Shown: positions 17,636 through 43,508 of the stretch, piece by piece
How the letters are laid out: every line of letters begins with the position of its first letter
How positions within the stretch are numbered: position 1 is the stretch's first letter
Assembly: GCA_963693365.1 (NCBI GenBank)
Contig: CAVNZM010000006.1
Coordinates: 6,303,264 to 6,367,263, forward strand
DNA: 64,000 nt
Direction of reading: 5' to 3'
Source: Amoebidium appalachense
Lineage: Eukaryota; Protista; Ichthyosporea
Position numbers and translations under genes: made by a program
The notes under the pieces: model-generated
Told to the model about the DNA's origin: nothing
Databases searched by the model: none
Seen by the model: only the letters and a program-made list of their open reading frames with translations

Positions 17636-19182
17636 ATGGTGGGCACCAACATGCTTCTCACGTCAGCGCTGCTGGCCGCGGCGCTCGGGTCTGTGCGCGG
17701 GGCCTGGCTGCCCTTCTCGCTCAACGGCACCGACCCCCAGGGCCGCATCTTCAACGGCGCCCAGTCCAGCCGGGCGCGGCCGTGGATGGCCAGCTTCCAG
17801 AACCCGGTCAACGCCGGCACGGCGCAGCGCGGGCACTACTGCGGGGGGGCGCTGGTCAACCCCGAGTGGGTGCTGACGACCGCGCACTGTGACGTGCAGC
17901 CGGGCCACACGGTGGCCATTGGCGGCCTGGACCTACCGCGGCCCGTGCAGTTCCACGTGCGCCAGGCGGCCCAGTTCATCATCCACCCCACATACCAGCC
18001 CGGCGTCGTCGAGTCCTTTGGCGACATTGCCCTCGTGCGCCTCAACGCCCCCGTCTTCCTGCCCGAGGGCTCCTACATGCGCCTGCATGCCAGCCCCTTC
18101 CCCAACTGGCCCACCCCGCAGGAGGCCACCCGCACGGGCTTTGAGGTCTACGGCTGGGGCGCACTGGCCGAGACCAACCAGGCACAGCCCATCGACTTCC
18201 CCACCCACCTCAACCACGCCCTCTTTGCTGCCTTTGACGCCGCCACCTGCCGCGCCTTCACCCAGGACCCCACCATCGACCCCAGCCTCAAGATCTGTGC
18301 CGGGGGGTTGGACGTGAGCATCTGCCGGGGCGACAGCGGGGGGCGCTCTTCAACGAAGGCACCGACCGGCTGGGCGACCGGCCCATCGACCGGCCCTGCC
18401 AGGTCGGCATTGTGTCGTACTCGGGGCTGGACGTGTGCGCACGTGAGCCCCCCAACCGCCTGCGCATGGACGTCTACACGTTTGTGCCGGCCTTTGTGGA
18501 CTGGGTGGCCACCACCATCCGCAACGTCCAGGCCCAGATTGTCGGCGGTCCATCCTCGGCCATGGGCGGTGGTGCCTCGGGGGAGAAACAGGACGGGGAG
18601 AAACAGGACGGAGAGGGCAAGATGGGCGGCGAGAAGGCACCGTCACGGGGCTACCAGGCGCAGAGCCAGACGTGGTACGATGGGTCGGAGAAGGGTACTG
18701 GAAAGGGCATCCCCATCGTGACGCTGTGCCGGGCCGCCATCAACAACCTCAACTACAAGCGCCGTGTGCTGCTGCCCCAGGGCGTGGTCGACCCCCTACC
18801 CCCCGATGTGCCCGTGGTCCTGCCTGCCCCCACCGTGCCCATCGGGCCCATGGCGGCCCAGGACAGAGAGCGCTTTGTCAACGGCAACCCCTCCCACCTG
18901 TACCCCAGCAGCACTGCCAGCCAGTACCCAGTGCCCACCACCAGCAGCCGGTACCCAGTGCCCGCCACCAGCAGCCAGTACCCAGTGCCCGCCACCAGCA
19001 GCCAGTACCCAGTGCCCGCCACCAGCAGCCAGTACCCAGTGCCCACCACCAGCAGCCAGTACCCCGTGCCCACCACCGCCACCAGCAGCCAGTACCCAGT
19101 GCCCACAACGAGCAGCCAGTACCCCACCCCCATCGAGTCAGAGCACTACACCACCGCAACAATGACCGCATGGGACTACTAG
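17636..19182 (+). CDS. Secreted S1A serine protease with repeat tail, copy 2; same frameshift at 18338-18343
   Basis: Near-identical paralogue of 10104-11623 with an intact triad (TTAHC, DIAL, GDSGG); about 515 aa if one G is added. Confidence 0.9.
18919..19131 (+). repeat. Coding 27-bp tandem repeat SQYPVP(T/A)TS, about 8 units
   Basis: Same unit as in copy 1, with one more unit and T-to-A variants. Confidence 0.95.
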
Positions 19183-19453
19183 GTCTGCACGAGGCATGCG
19201 GCGACCTGATTGGCCAGAAATCAGCCGACGAAACCAAGAAACCTGCTTGGTGTCTTCTTTTCTGCCGCATTGTTGTGGCATATGTATAATATTTGAACGT
19301 GTAATATATTCAAACGTGTACACAAAACAGGTGTGCATGAAAACACCCCTTTCTGGCTTGGACGCATAAACCTAGCTGTATGCGGCAACAATAATTGCAG
19401 CAGAGTAGCTAGCTTGGATGGAAAGCCAATGCGATAGGGTGTATATACATTGG

Positions 19454-19640
19454 TGAGAGGTACGGGCAAGTGTAAGCTTTGTGCTGGACCAGGAGTAAAG
19501 AGTTGAGAAATAAAACTTTGAAAACGAAAAAACAGTGAAAATCACCACTCGTCTTTGTGTGGAACCAATATCTTCCCCGCCTTCTCCCTCACCACACAAG
19601 AACATACTCACCCCCCTCCCTCCCCCTCCCCCCTTCGCCG

Positions 19641-19707
<67 letters not shown>

Positions 19708-19780
19708 AAAAAAGAAGAAGAAAGAAAACCATCACACGCAAACACACACTGTCTCCGAGTCGGTGTTTGTGTTGGACTAT

Positions 19781-19816
<36 letters not shown>

Positions 19817-20124
19817 CCCTGATGAGAGGTACGGGCAAGTGTAAGCTTTGTGCTGGACCAGGAGTAAAGAGTTGAGAAATAAAACTTTGAAAACGAAAAA
19901 ACAGTGAAAATCACCACTGGTCTTTGTGTGGAACCAATATCTTCCCCGCCTTCTCCCTCACCACACAAGAACATACTCACCCCCCTCCCTCACCCCTCCC
20001 CCTTCGCCGCCCCCCCCTCCGCCCTCCCCCCCTTCCCCCCCCTCCCCCCCCCCAAAAAAGAAGAAAGAAAACCATCACACGCAAACACACACTGTCTCCG
20101 AGTCGGTGTTTGTGTTGGACTATT
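19454..20124 (+). repeat. Local direct duplication (19454-19780 vs 19823-20124)
   Basis: TGAGAGGTACGGGCAAGTGTAAGC...GTTGGACTAT occurs twice almost identically, differing mainly in poly-C tracts; may be an assembly artefact. Confidence 0.8.
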
Positions 20125-20540
20125 ACCCCCCCCCCCCCCCCCCCCCCCCCCTTCCCTCCCCCCCCCCCCCCCCCCCCCCGGCCCCCCCCCCTGTCACAGG
20201 ACATTTTTGCACCGGGAAATTTCTTGCACTGACACCGGTACATAGCAGTACCACAAATTATTGAACAGGTGATAATGAGTACGATCAATACAACAATAAA
20301 AATTATTCTCGACGACCTTTATGTATCAAGAATTGACAATTGAAAAAAACACTACTGTAGTCTTTTGCAAGATTGCCGGCGGCAGACGGTATACTATAGC
20401 TATTTCATGAGTTATGTGTCCCCACAGTACACTTGAACAGGGTAGATAACCACAAATTGGGATATGTGCATCTTGGTCCTTTTTAAAATTTATTATTAAA
20501 CGTAAGCATTCGCGAGAATCAGCGTTTACAAGGATCGGCA

Positions 20541-20603
<63 letters not shown>

Positions 20604-20605
20604 AC

Positions 20606-20683
<78 letters not shown>

Positions 20684-20685
20684 AC

Positions 20686-20830
<145 letters not shown>

Positions 20831-22879
20831 ATGTGTATGCGTGTGTGCATGTGCGCATACGGTATACGTGTATAAGGGAGGTGGAATGTGTAAGTAGGTT
20901 CATATCCGTAGATGTATAAGGGCACGGAAACCCGTGAAATGTGCGTGTTTCTTGAAGGTGGGTTGGTTCTTAGGAAGGCGGGGTAGTTCGTAATTCCAAG
21001 TTTATTTGCAGGAAGTAAAAGCCCAAGAGGGGAATGTGCCCACCTATTTAGTTAATTAGCTTGTTTGGAACTATAGACCTCAAGTAAACATGAAAGCATG
21101 GAAGCTTAATTAGGCACAATTTTTGGTTGGTGGAGAGAAGACAGAGGTTCTGACTGTGTGTGTTTCGTGTGCACACACGTTTTTCGCATTATGTGTGTGC
21201 GTGTGTGTTTAAATGTGCGTGCGTGTGCATGTGTGCATGTTGCTAAACTATGCCATTACATCTCACACCCTTAGCTTTGTGTATCTGTCAATTTTGCAAA
21301 CCACAACTTTTCCGTGGCAATTATCTCAGAATTCAACCAACCCACTTTCAGGGCAGCAACATCGCTGAAAATTACTCTGGCCATGGTAGACCTGAACAGT
21401 ACGTGCAACCGGTGGTTTTCATAAAGAGATGTATCTACAAGACATACAGTGTGCCTATCTATTTTACATCTTTATCATATTTATAATTCTAGTAGTGGTC
21501 ATACGCTAAGTTGAAAAGAAAAAGGCGTAAACCATATATGCATGGAATTGTCACCCCGACCACCCATATGCAGGTACCGGTGCCTCTGCGTGATCGTAGT
21601 GCCCGACTCAAACGTTCGGTTTGGGTATGGGGAGAACAGAATTCCTTACATATCTTAGATCTAGATCTATAGAGCCTGCGTATAATATGCAGCCACAATT
21701 GATACTGGAACACAGAGAAGTTCATTATGAGAACATTTCCCCCGAGGTTAAATAACAAAAACATTATGTGGGTGGCTGAATAAATATTACGGCACCTAAC
21801 ACGACAAGAGTAGAACAAGTTGTATACGTATATGCCGGTCACCCTGTGATAAAGCATTGGAATGGTACAGAAATGGGGGTTATAGGCAAAGGCTGAAATT
21901 TGCATCAGATTATTTCGACGCCAGGCCGAAAGATTTGGGGGTACACTATAAAAAAGCAAGTAAATCTCTCGAGGCCAATCAGCGGGGGCGATCCGCCAGG
22001 TGTCAAAATACAGTAATTCTAAAATGTAAATTCCAGCCCTTTTCGGCGCCGCACAGTCTCAGGCCGCTCAGCGCTAACCTTTGTACGCCCTGGAGTCCTG
22101 GACTGGCAAACACCTTGGCACGCTCAGACTGCGGCGTAGTGCTCAGGCCTTTACCTGTCAGTATAAACTATATACATATTTGCTAGATAAAAGGCACCAT
22201 TATCGAATAGCTCTGGACCTATTCACGCGCATTTGCGAACGTCGATATCTCCGACTCGGACATGTACGTACGTATACACGCGTACGGGCACGTACACGTA
22301 TATGTACCATAGTATATTCACCTTGTCTGCAAAATTTTAATATATGTAAAGCCCAAAACATGAGTAAATACCTCACTACTCCCTTTTTAATGCACAAGTA
22401 GAAACATCGGCTTTTATTTAACAGATTTGCTACATCATATGCATAACCATTTATATATATAGTATTATTTTAATTTTTCCCGGAAAATAAAAACAAAGGC
22501 CCCAGACCCCAATACCTTTAATGGTTTATGGGGAATCTATTTATCAGTACTGATTGGTTGGATCTGAGTTGAATATGCGAATTTTGGTAATTTTTATGCA
22601 AATGCGAAGAATAGATCCAGCTGCATGCGCAACTCGGAGCCTCAAGCATGTACATGTCGTGACTCCGGAGTGTGCCACGAAACGCGGCAACGCTGCGCGG
22701 TCGCACAGTGTCACGGTACACGTGTCGCGCGAACCCGCCATATATATGCATCTTCAGAAGCAATTTATATATTTATAGTCCTGGATCAAACATGTAGTGT
22801 GCATATGCAATTAACTAGGGCGAGCACACGCAAATGGAAGGGAGTCTCCCTCTCTATGCTATCTCTCTCTCTCTCTCTC

Positions 22880-22928
<49 letters not shown>

Positions 22929-22969
22929 CTCACTCATTCTCTCGCATCTCTTTTCTCTATCTCTCTCTC

Positions 22970-23030
<61 letters not shown>

Positions 23031-23423
23031 TATCTATGTCTCTCCCTCAGGCACACACACACTCTCATCAGCAAAATTTACCCCTTGTTATCCATTGTGA
23101 AACACTGCTCATATGAGACGTTGAGATATATTGCTAACTATTGCACTGTTATAAGTTAGTATTAACAAGCCACGTGGATAATGGTTTCTAATATGACGTG
23201 CGTAATTACCGTGCATGGTGATGCATACCGTTCATTTTCAAATATTGGTGCAGAAATTTAGAAAACCATACCATCGCCATTTATCGTACCGTTTCATATT
23301 TTTTTTTAATATTATTATCTCCACATGTACGTATCTTTAAATTTCTGAGATACATTACGGTCACGCACCTAGGGTGCACGTGTATATGCTAGTGGCATTT
23401 GAGGTGATCTATACATGATGAAA

Positions 23424-23462
<39 letters not shown>

Positions 23463-23631
23463 TATATAAAAAAAGGGGGGGGGGGGGGGGGGGGGGGGTG
23501 GTTTTGCAGGTCTTGTGCTTCAAAAGAAGAACCCGTGCATTTTAAATGCTGAGGGGAAGGGGAAAAAAAAAAAAAAAAAAAAAAAAAGCAACACCCGAGT
23601 GGGACTCGACTCTCTCTCTCTCTCTCTCTCG

Positions 23632-23662
<31 letters not shown>

Positions 23663-23791
23663 CCCTCCTTCCCTCCCTCCCCCCCTCCCTCCCTCCCCCC
23701 TCTCTCTATCTCCATCTCCCTCACTCACACACAAACACACACCCACACACTATCTCTCTCTTTCTCTCTCTAGAGCTCATACACACATGTG

Positions 23792-23843
<52 letters not shown>

Positions 23844-24098
23844 CTGCACTTCACCCGCAACTCTCATCCCCCCCCCCCCCCCCCCCCCCCGGGCGTGACA
23901 CGCGTTTTGAGTGGTTTCCTGGTGAGTGACGTATGTATGTGGAAGAGGGGGGGGGGGGGGGGGGGGGAGGGGAGGGGGGGGTCAGGGCAAGGGGGAGGGG
24001 GAGCGCGTGCACGTGAGGCGGGGAGTTAGTGAAGAAGAGAGAGATTGAGGGGGAGGGGAGGGAAGTGGGTGGAAGGGGTATAGGGAGGGAGGGAGGGA

Positions 24099-24132
<34 letters not shown>

Positions 24133-24518
24133 GCAACAGAGGGACGGAGGGAATATGGGTCGAATTCGAATATTAAGTTTATCAGACAGAATGAATTGAA
24201 ATGTGTGAATTCGGTAACTTCAAACCAGACATTTATAAATTTTAATAGTGCTCGATTTATATCAATTAATAATCACAGAGTGGCTACTAAGCCAAAGTAA
24301 GTCTATATCCCCCTTTTAAAATTTTCAACTGAAGATTGCGTTTTTTATTTCATCTATTCAGATAGTACTACAACATTCAAGAAAAAATTTATATATCCGA
24401 AGGCTTAGCATGGCGACTGATGGTGTTGTGTGTGTTGCGCCTTGGCCTCCATGAATATCATTTGAACAAATCCTTCATCATACGAATCAATTCGGCTGCT
24501 ACTCAATTCGTTGATGGC

Positions 24519-24553
<35 letters not shown>

Positions 24554-24801
24554 TGTTTGTGTGTGCTGCATGCACCATGCACATGTCTCCAGCTGATAGT
24601 CACTGTGAGTGTGCTTAAGTAACCATTCGTCTGTTGCATCATGACTTGCATATGATGCCAGCGCTAGCAGTTAAAAGAGCATGTCACGGCACTGATATGC
24701 AAGTGTGTGAATACCATGTGTGTGTGTGTGTATGGGTGTGTATACTAGTGTGCATGCATATGGGTGTTCATACGCTAACGCTCATGACATTTGTTCACCG
24801 A

Positions 24802-29494
<4,693 letters not shown>

Positions 29495-31221
29495 TTTACA
29501 GGGTAAGACTGCTGTTATGGCGTGAGTGTGAGTGTGTGTGTGTGTGAGCTGGTTATTTTCGAGGGTGGGAAGTCATCGTGTACCGTGACATATACACTAA
29601 GCCTGAAGTTCTAAGCTGTAGGATTGTGGGGCAAGCATTTCACTTCAGATGTTACTGCCATGTTGAGCTCACCTGCGGATCAAGGAGAGTAGCAGGGACC
29701 AGCACGGAAAATGCCCGCAAAATGACTGTAGCAGTATATGTGTTATGAAGAAACGACAGAAAACTGACCACATAGGTTTATCTGTCTTTCAGTGGCAATT
29801 ACATGGCAATGGTGTGGTGTTCTTAAAGCTTGTGTGTGTGCCTGAAGCTACCAGGGCTTGCACGTGTGCGTGGATGTGTTTGCATGCGCGTTTGAGAAAT
29901 TTTGCTACACTACAGAGCTTTCACACGAATTTAAGTGTCCTTTCTCAGTTTTAACTGTTCAGTTTCTGTGTCTGTCCCACAAGAGAGCGAACTGAGAGCA
30001 CTTAGGGTTAACAAAGCCAAGACGAGTAGCGAAGCACACAACTGTAGATTATGCACGCAAGCGTCAGTGTAGGCATTATATAGTTCTATATGCGGGAAGT
30101 ATTGTCAGGCTCTTCCCATTTTCACTCGACATGAATTGAATTATTCGACTGGTCATGGTGGTCACGAGTCGTTTCAGTCACTGAGGCACAAACCGTCCTT
30201 TCGTTTTGCGAGTTCTCATCGTAGCCTACAGAAAAACGGGTGACATGAGGACATGGGCACTTTGTGCAACGGATTCCGATCAGGTATAGGGAGAACCAAA
30301 GCCGGCCGCAGCCGCTGAGCCGTCCCTGTGGCTGTCCCCCCTCCAGGCCCTGTCCCTTCCGCGTTATGTAGTACGACACCGTAGCATTTATGCGATTGGA
30401 TTTTCAGAGTTTCCTTTCTTTCTATGCCATTACATAGTTCACCACCTTTTTACTCAAAAGAATTACTCCGCCTGGTTCGCGCGATCGGTATCCCAGCCGA
30501 CTTCATAGCGCCGTATACGTATACGCGTATACGGTACTTATACACCACCGTGGTCGACGTCGCTGGCCCAGCTACAGAGTGACTGCACGCATCACTTGTC
30601 GACCGTCTAACAAAAAAGGTTTGACACTCACAAGTAACGTCTTTGCCAATCGAATGATTCGCCGATTTAACAGGAGTAGTATTGGGGGAAATTATTGCTC
30701 GTGAATTTATTGCTCGTGAATGATTCGTCGAATCAGCTAAAAGATGTTGGAATAGATCGCCATCCCGTTTCCGTTTGTGTCACTGCTGTGAGCCTGTGAC
30801 GACAGTTGTGCACAGTTGAGATCCCGGGCCTGCGGTGATAGGTGTGACATGTGCAAATATTGACAATTTTCCTCGCGTGACAAATGAAGTAATATTGGCA
30901 AATGGATATCCGTAACATGTGCAGCGGGCCGACCGCCATTTCTGCTCTATTCATTTTGTCGTCTCGCACATGTACATGTGTTTCTCTCAGCGCTCTCCAG
31001 CCTCTCTTTCGCGCCGTATACATATATCACATCAGTCACATGCACCGTGACCACCGTGTGACACTTGTACACACACATACATGACATTGGACATGGACAT
31101 TGGTACACCGTGCACATGCAAGCACATACGCACATGCATGTTCACGCCGTAGTATGCACACCACGTACGGACGTACGCACATACACATTCACACAATGTC
31201 ACATGTAATACGTTCATGATA

Positions 31222-31477
31222 CAGTGTCCACAGTAATAAATAGTGTGTAAACCCCCCTATACACACCGTTGCAAGGACTCCCGATTCAACGACATGTTCA
31301 ACGACAACTTATGACCGCGTTGTGCGCAGCCTCAACTGGCGGCCGGCCTGTCGCAGATACATCGTTCACATTTTTTGGTTAGCTTTGGCCAATAACAACA
31401 CGAAGAATATATAGATTCTCCTCGGATTCCGGATTTGAAAAGGGGGGGTTTACACACTTTTTATTGCGTGGACATTG
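31222..31477. mobile_element. Tc1/mariner-like MITE, 256 bp
   Basis: Left end TA|CAGTGTCCACAGTAATAAATAGTGTGTAAACCCCC; right end GGGGGTTTACACACTTTTTATTGCGTGGACATTG. Imperfect TIR of about 35 bp starting CAGTG; the right-hand TA is absent. Confidence 0.7.
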
Positions 31478-33686
31478 CCGGAGGCCCAGCCACATTCGAA
31501 AACTCTGATGGCCGCGAGGCTTCTCGTTTAGGGGCCTTAGCGACGGCACCCTTTTTCTATAATGGGGGGCACAACTAAGTTTTCTCCAACTCTACGTTTT
31601 CTCCTTGGGGTGCACCTGCGGCTTGGTTGACGTCTCCTCCGCGGCGCGCGTCCGGGGTAGTTTGTAGCCGACTGGGACGTCGAGAAGCTTCCTCATGCCG
31701 GCTACAGTTACGGGCCCTTGTGGTGGCAGTTAGCTCTATAGCCTTGATTTGTGTACCCGCTTGCTTGGTAGTGTTGGTTCCTTTTGCATCTCCCGTTACA
31801 GCTAGGCTACCTTGTTTGGCTGCTATTCTCCTTGGAGGGTTACTCCTGTCGCCACGCCCCCTAAGGTAGTTTTGCAGTCTTACATGTTCTGTATTGCTCT
31901 TTTGAAACCTCGTGTGCTGCTCCAGTGATAGAGTTTTGGCCGAGGGCTCTGTCTCTAGAGTAATTACAGATGGCTTCCTTGCAGTTTGTAGCCTAGACAT
32001 CTTCGTGGCTTTGATGGAGCAATCTAGCCATGCCCCAAGCTTCTCATTTTGTACCCTGCCATCGATGCTAATTACATGTTAACGTACGCATTTACTCAAA
32101 TTTCTGTGTGTTAACGTACGCGTTCCACTCAATGATTTCTGTGACTCGATTCATATTAGGTCACCTTTATTGAGGTTTTTTTTGTTGTGGCAGCCGAGAT
32201 ATCAACTTATCGTTTTCACTCCTGCCTTTAGTGTATATTTGTATTTTTATACCTTTGGGTCGACGTCCGTATTCCAGTGCATGTGAGCCTACTTCTCATT
32301 TGAGTGACTCGAAAATCGTCTCTCGAGATATCTGGGATATCTCTTTTTGGTGTCCTTCGAACATATGAGCACATCAATAAAGTCATTTCACATCACTCAC
32401 TCGTGCTTGCCTCATGCCCCCCGTGTCCGTGGAGTGCAGGCCGTCGTGCCTGCACCCAAGGGGCTGGCCGAGGCGGGGGCCGCCAGGGGGGGTCCATGCC
32501 ATGAGCCCCCCCCGCACCAGCCGGGGCTGGGCCCCGCCTCGACATGCTTTATTGCCGCTGCAATCGGGCTGTGAGCCAGTCACAGTCGCATACGTACACC
32601 GTCATGTATACAGACTGAGAGGTGGGTGGGTGGGAGCCGCCGTGTGCTAGCCACCGAAAACGCAATCGTGCTAACAAAAACCGTACGTGCAGCACACGGC
32701 GAAAACGAAGGTGGCCTGCATCTGCAGTGTGCTGCGCCGGAAATACCGGCGCTGGTGGCGCCCGACGTCAGGCGCTGCGCCAGACCGATGTCAGCTGCCG
32801 CCTGGCTGCCTGCGCCCGAAGTGATCCGTGAAACATCTTTCATCTGCTGCGCATATGAAACGTACATATAAAAAAAAAAAATTCTTTAAAAATGAAATCA
32901 CGTGAGTGAACTGACTCGTCACAATGTGTATGTTCAGTTGGCTCGTTTTTGGCGCGCTGAGTCATCCCTTTGCTGTATACAATGTTATACCATGGGGTAT
33001 ATATTGAGGCCCTCCATAGTGAGCAATGCCGACAGAACTCCTACTAGTACTCATTGTTACTAGTTGGGGCCGGTAGGCTCCTTTCTACTCCACGAGTTCA
33101 AATAGGAGTAGGGTTCGAAAGATCCGGACGTGGAGGGGGGGAGGTGAGGGGAGGCCGGGGTAGCTGCGAATATATGCGATTTGATTGGCTAATGGGAGGA
33201 GGGTAAACGATAAAAACGCTTTAACCCAATCGCTGATACGGATTTTGAAGAGCAAATAAGTGGGTGTTTATAGCCCCGATAACGAACGGAGAACGGATAC
33301 CGGGGACAAATACTGTAATTTGAACTTTTGGGGTACAAAGTTTGACTACCTTAGGGGTCTCTAAATGCGATTGGACAATTTGCGCCCATCTCGGTACCAA
33401 TTGTCTAGATCGTTGCGCTGTTTGCAGCGAGCGCGGCAATGCGTTTTGGGCAGCTATGGCACGTTACCACCCAGTAAAACGTAACGGGGGCACTCAGTAA
33501 ACGTACTGAAACAAACCAAGCACACTTCTTTTCAAAAGTACTTCGCGTAGCCACGTAACGGCGTTGTTGAGTCATTTGCCCACACAATATGGGTTCCCGC
33601 AAGGTTGGTTCTGGTGGTGGAATGAGGACCTGGCAGGTCGTTCTGCTCCTGTTTACTGTCGCCCTGGGTGCACAGGTGTGTACTAA

Positions 33687-33723
<37 letters not shown>

Positions 33724-35218
33724 TACTGCCCCCCCTACTCCCCCCCCCCCCCCCCCCCCCCCCCCACCCCCCACCCACCCCCTCTCTTCCTGTCCCAAAC
33801 GCCCAAAGACTTTCCCCGCACACGTACCTCCTAGTTTCTCGCGACAGGAACCGTGACACATACACACACACAAACACACACACACAAACACACACACACA
33901 CACACACACACACGCCACACACACACACATATGCATGTGCACACTGTGATACACATAGGAACACACACACGCACACATGTGTACACACATGAGCACATGC
34001 ACACACGCAGGACGTGGATCACAAACACACACACTCTTCAACATTCGTTTTCTCATAACAGTTTTGGATTGTACCTGCGCGAGGGGCATGAGCCACCGGC
34101 CCCATCTAGCAGACGGGAGCCCCGCATTCGCCTGCCAGTATCTTTACTATCTAGATTGAGAGCTAGCGTGGCAAATTACATTTCAAATTTTCAATGCTCT
34201 CAAATTTTTTCTCTCAAGTTTGCATGGACCCACAACCATTCTGCAAGGGCGGCTGCTTTGTGGCTTACGCTTTACAGATCTAGAACATGATTATCAAAAT
34301 GCATATAATATGATATATGAGCTTTTACTCTGTTGTCCCAGTTTGGAAAACATAAAATCATGCATGTGTTCTCTATTTGTTATTGTACAGTTATCGTATG
34401 TAGGTTTGTCGTGTGGCAAGTCTGATTGATTTGCAAATTGAATTTGGTGCGGTGGTCTTCCTATACTTCACATTCCAAACCGATGTAAACAAAGCATTTT
34501 ATTATTTTTTTTATTTTTGTTTTCTCGGAGTCACTAACGACGCCCCAGTAACGCTTAGCCTACACACAGTTTCTTCTTCCGTTCCAATAGGTTTCAGTAA
34601 CCCTACTATTAAGATTTTGTAACATACTATTATGATCATGTTGTAGCGATTGACAAAATCCCACTGGACTCCACCGATACTTCTTTATAGGACGTTGGCT
34701 GTTTCAAAATGTATGCCCGACCATGGTTGACCAGGCAAAATCGTTGCTAGGTGAGCCAACATGACATGCACACATCTGCTCCATCTGTTCTCACAACGAA
34801 TAAAGTAGAAATATGGTTCTTGTTGACAAGCTAGCATAGGTATTCATTCCGTCACACAGTATGGATAGCATGGCAAAGTGACCTCCGGGGGGACAAGGAC
34901 TTTCTCACGAGCGAACATTTTGCCAGAGGTCAAAGCACACTCTCAAACCAGGGGATCAACCACCAGGTAAACCGAGGAACAACGCACGAATACACAGACC
35001 CATAGCACTGACGGTCTATTTATGAACTCCCAACGCGTTGTCGCTCCAGCCTAATCGTAAAACAAGACAAGATTTGGGCACACACACACACATACACCCG
35101 CTGGGGAAGTGGTAACCTGCTGTACCCATCCACCGAACATGGATTCAAACATCGGCCACAAACACATCTCAAAAAGAAAACCCACCCTCGGGTATGAATA
35201 GTGAGCACACACTCGAAC

Positions 35219-41825
<6,607 letters not shown>

Positions 41826-42010
41826 TCGGTTGAAAATTTACGATCTAATATTAGTATTAGTATGATTCAGAAAAGAAGCATCGTTGGTGGCGTGCACTTC
41901 AATGCTCTTATTGTTTGATTTTGAATATTTGCATAAAATCCTTTTTTTCTTCTTTTTTTTCTTTTTTGGCCTGCTGTATTTCAGAGTATGTGTTTGATGT
42001 TTCCTTGGCC

Positions 42011-42114
<104 letters not shown>

Positions 42115-42382
42115 TATTTGACCCAAATTGAAATGGGATGTTCCTTGGCCAGATTAACGGTTGTAGGTAACATGCATTTGAATGTTTAGCCCCTGTTATT
42201 ATAAATATTCTTTGCATTTGACAATGTCGTCTTTTTTCCCTCTTCGATAGAGAGTTGCTAGAAAAAGAAATTAATGATGTAATTCATCGAATCTAGACAC
42301 ACACCTACGTATACAGACAAACACACGAACACATGCACTCAACCATCGTGCTGCACACACACACACACTACACACACACATA

Positions 42383-42423
<41 letters not shown>

Positions 42424-42709
42424 AAACACACACACACACACACACACAATCCTCGATTATTTACATGCACTTTTAGTTTGTGTACTACTCGAATGTTTTT
42501 TTTCTTTTTTTTGGATGTAACCTCAACCGCAGATCTAGACGAATCAGTGAAACATAACACTGTCCACGGCCGTCCAAAGGTCTGTCTGCACGATTTTCCA
42601 AACGCAACTGATTTTGATTATAACTTAGTTAAATTACAATGAAATTGTATCCTTTAGCACATGAACACGAATATTTTTGTGGACTCCTCTCCTCCCCCCT
42701 CCCCCCCCA

Positions 42710-42785
<76 letters not shown>

Positions 42786-43045
42786 CTCATCTCCCTTCCC
42801 CCGTCCCGTCCCGTAAAGAATCCCGTCCCGTTAAGAAAAAAAAAAAAAAAAAAAAAAAAAGACGGGGGGGGGGGGGGGGGGGGGGGGGTTGGGGAGGGAG
42901 GGAGGGGGGGGGGGGGGCGGGCAACAAAAGGGTGGGTGGGGGGGGGGGGGGGGGGGGGGGGGGGAGGGCACTACAATACCACTGCCACCCTCTTCTTCAA
43001 GGGCCTCCGTCTACAGCACTTGCCCGATGGCCGCGCACGCGCGCG

Positions 43046-43084
<39 letters not shown>

Positions 43085-43167
43085 ACACGTACACCACCGA
43101 TATAAATATTTAGCTGTCTTCCAAAATCTCAACGCGATCACGACTACCAGCATTATCGATCCCCCCT

Positions 43168-43199
<32 letters not shown>

Positions 43200-43355
43200 C
43201 TCCCCGGCCTCACCCATGTTATGGTACTGACTAATATAAATTGAGAGAGTGCTTTGACCCATTTTTGTGACCCTCGCGTGACTATTTCACGGCCCAGGCA
43301 TACTACACTAATATTAGGTCCCACGTTGGTTACTTACATTGACGGACGTGGAGGT

Positions 43356-43426
<71 letters not shown>

Positions 43427-43458
43427 GTGGTGGTGGTTGCATGCATGTGGGGTGGGGA

Positions 43459-43508
<50 letters not shown>

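Noticed and set aside
31575-32000. 141-aa minus-strand ORF
   Set aside because: No recognisable motif or other support.
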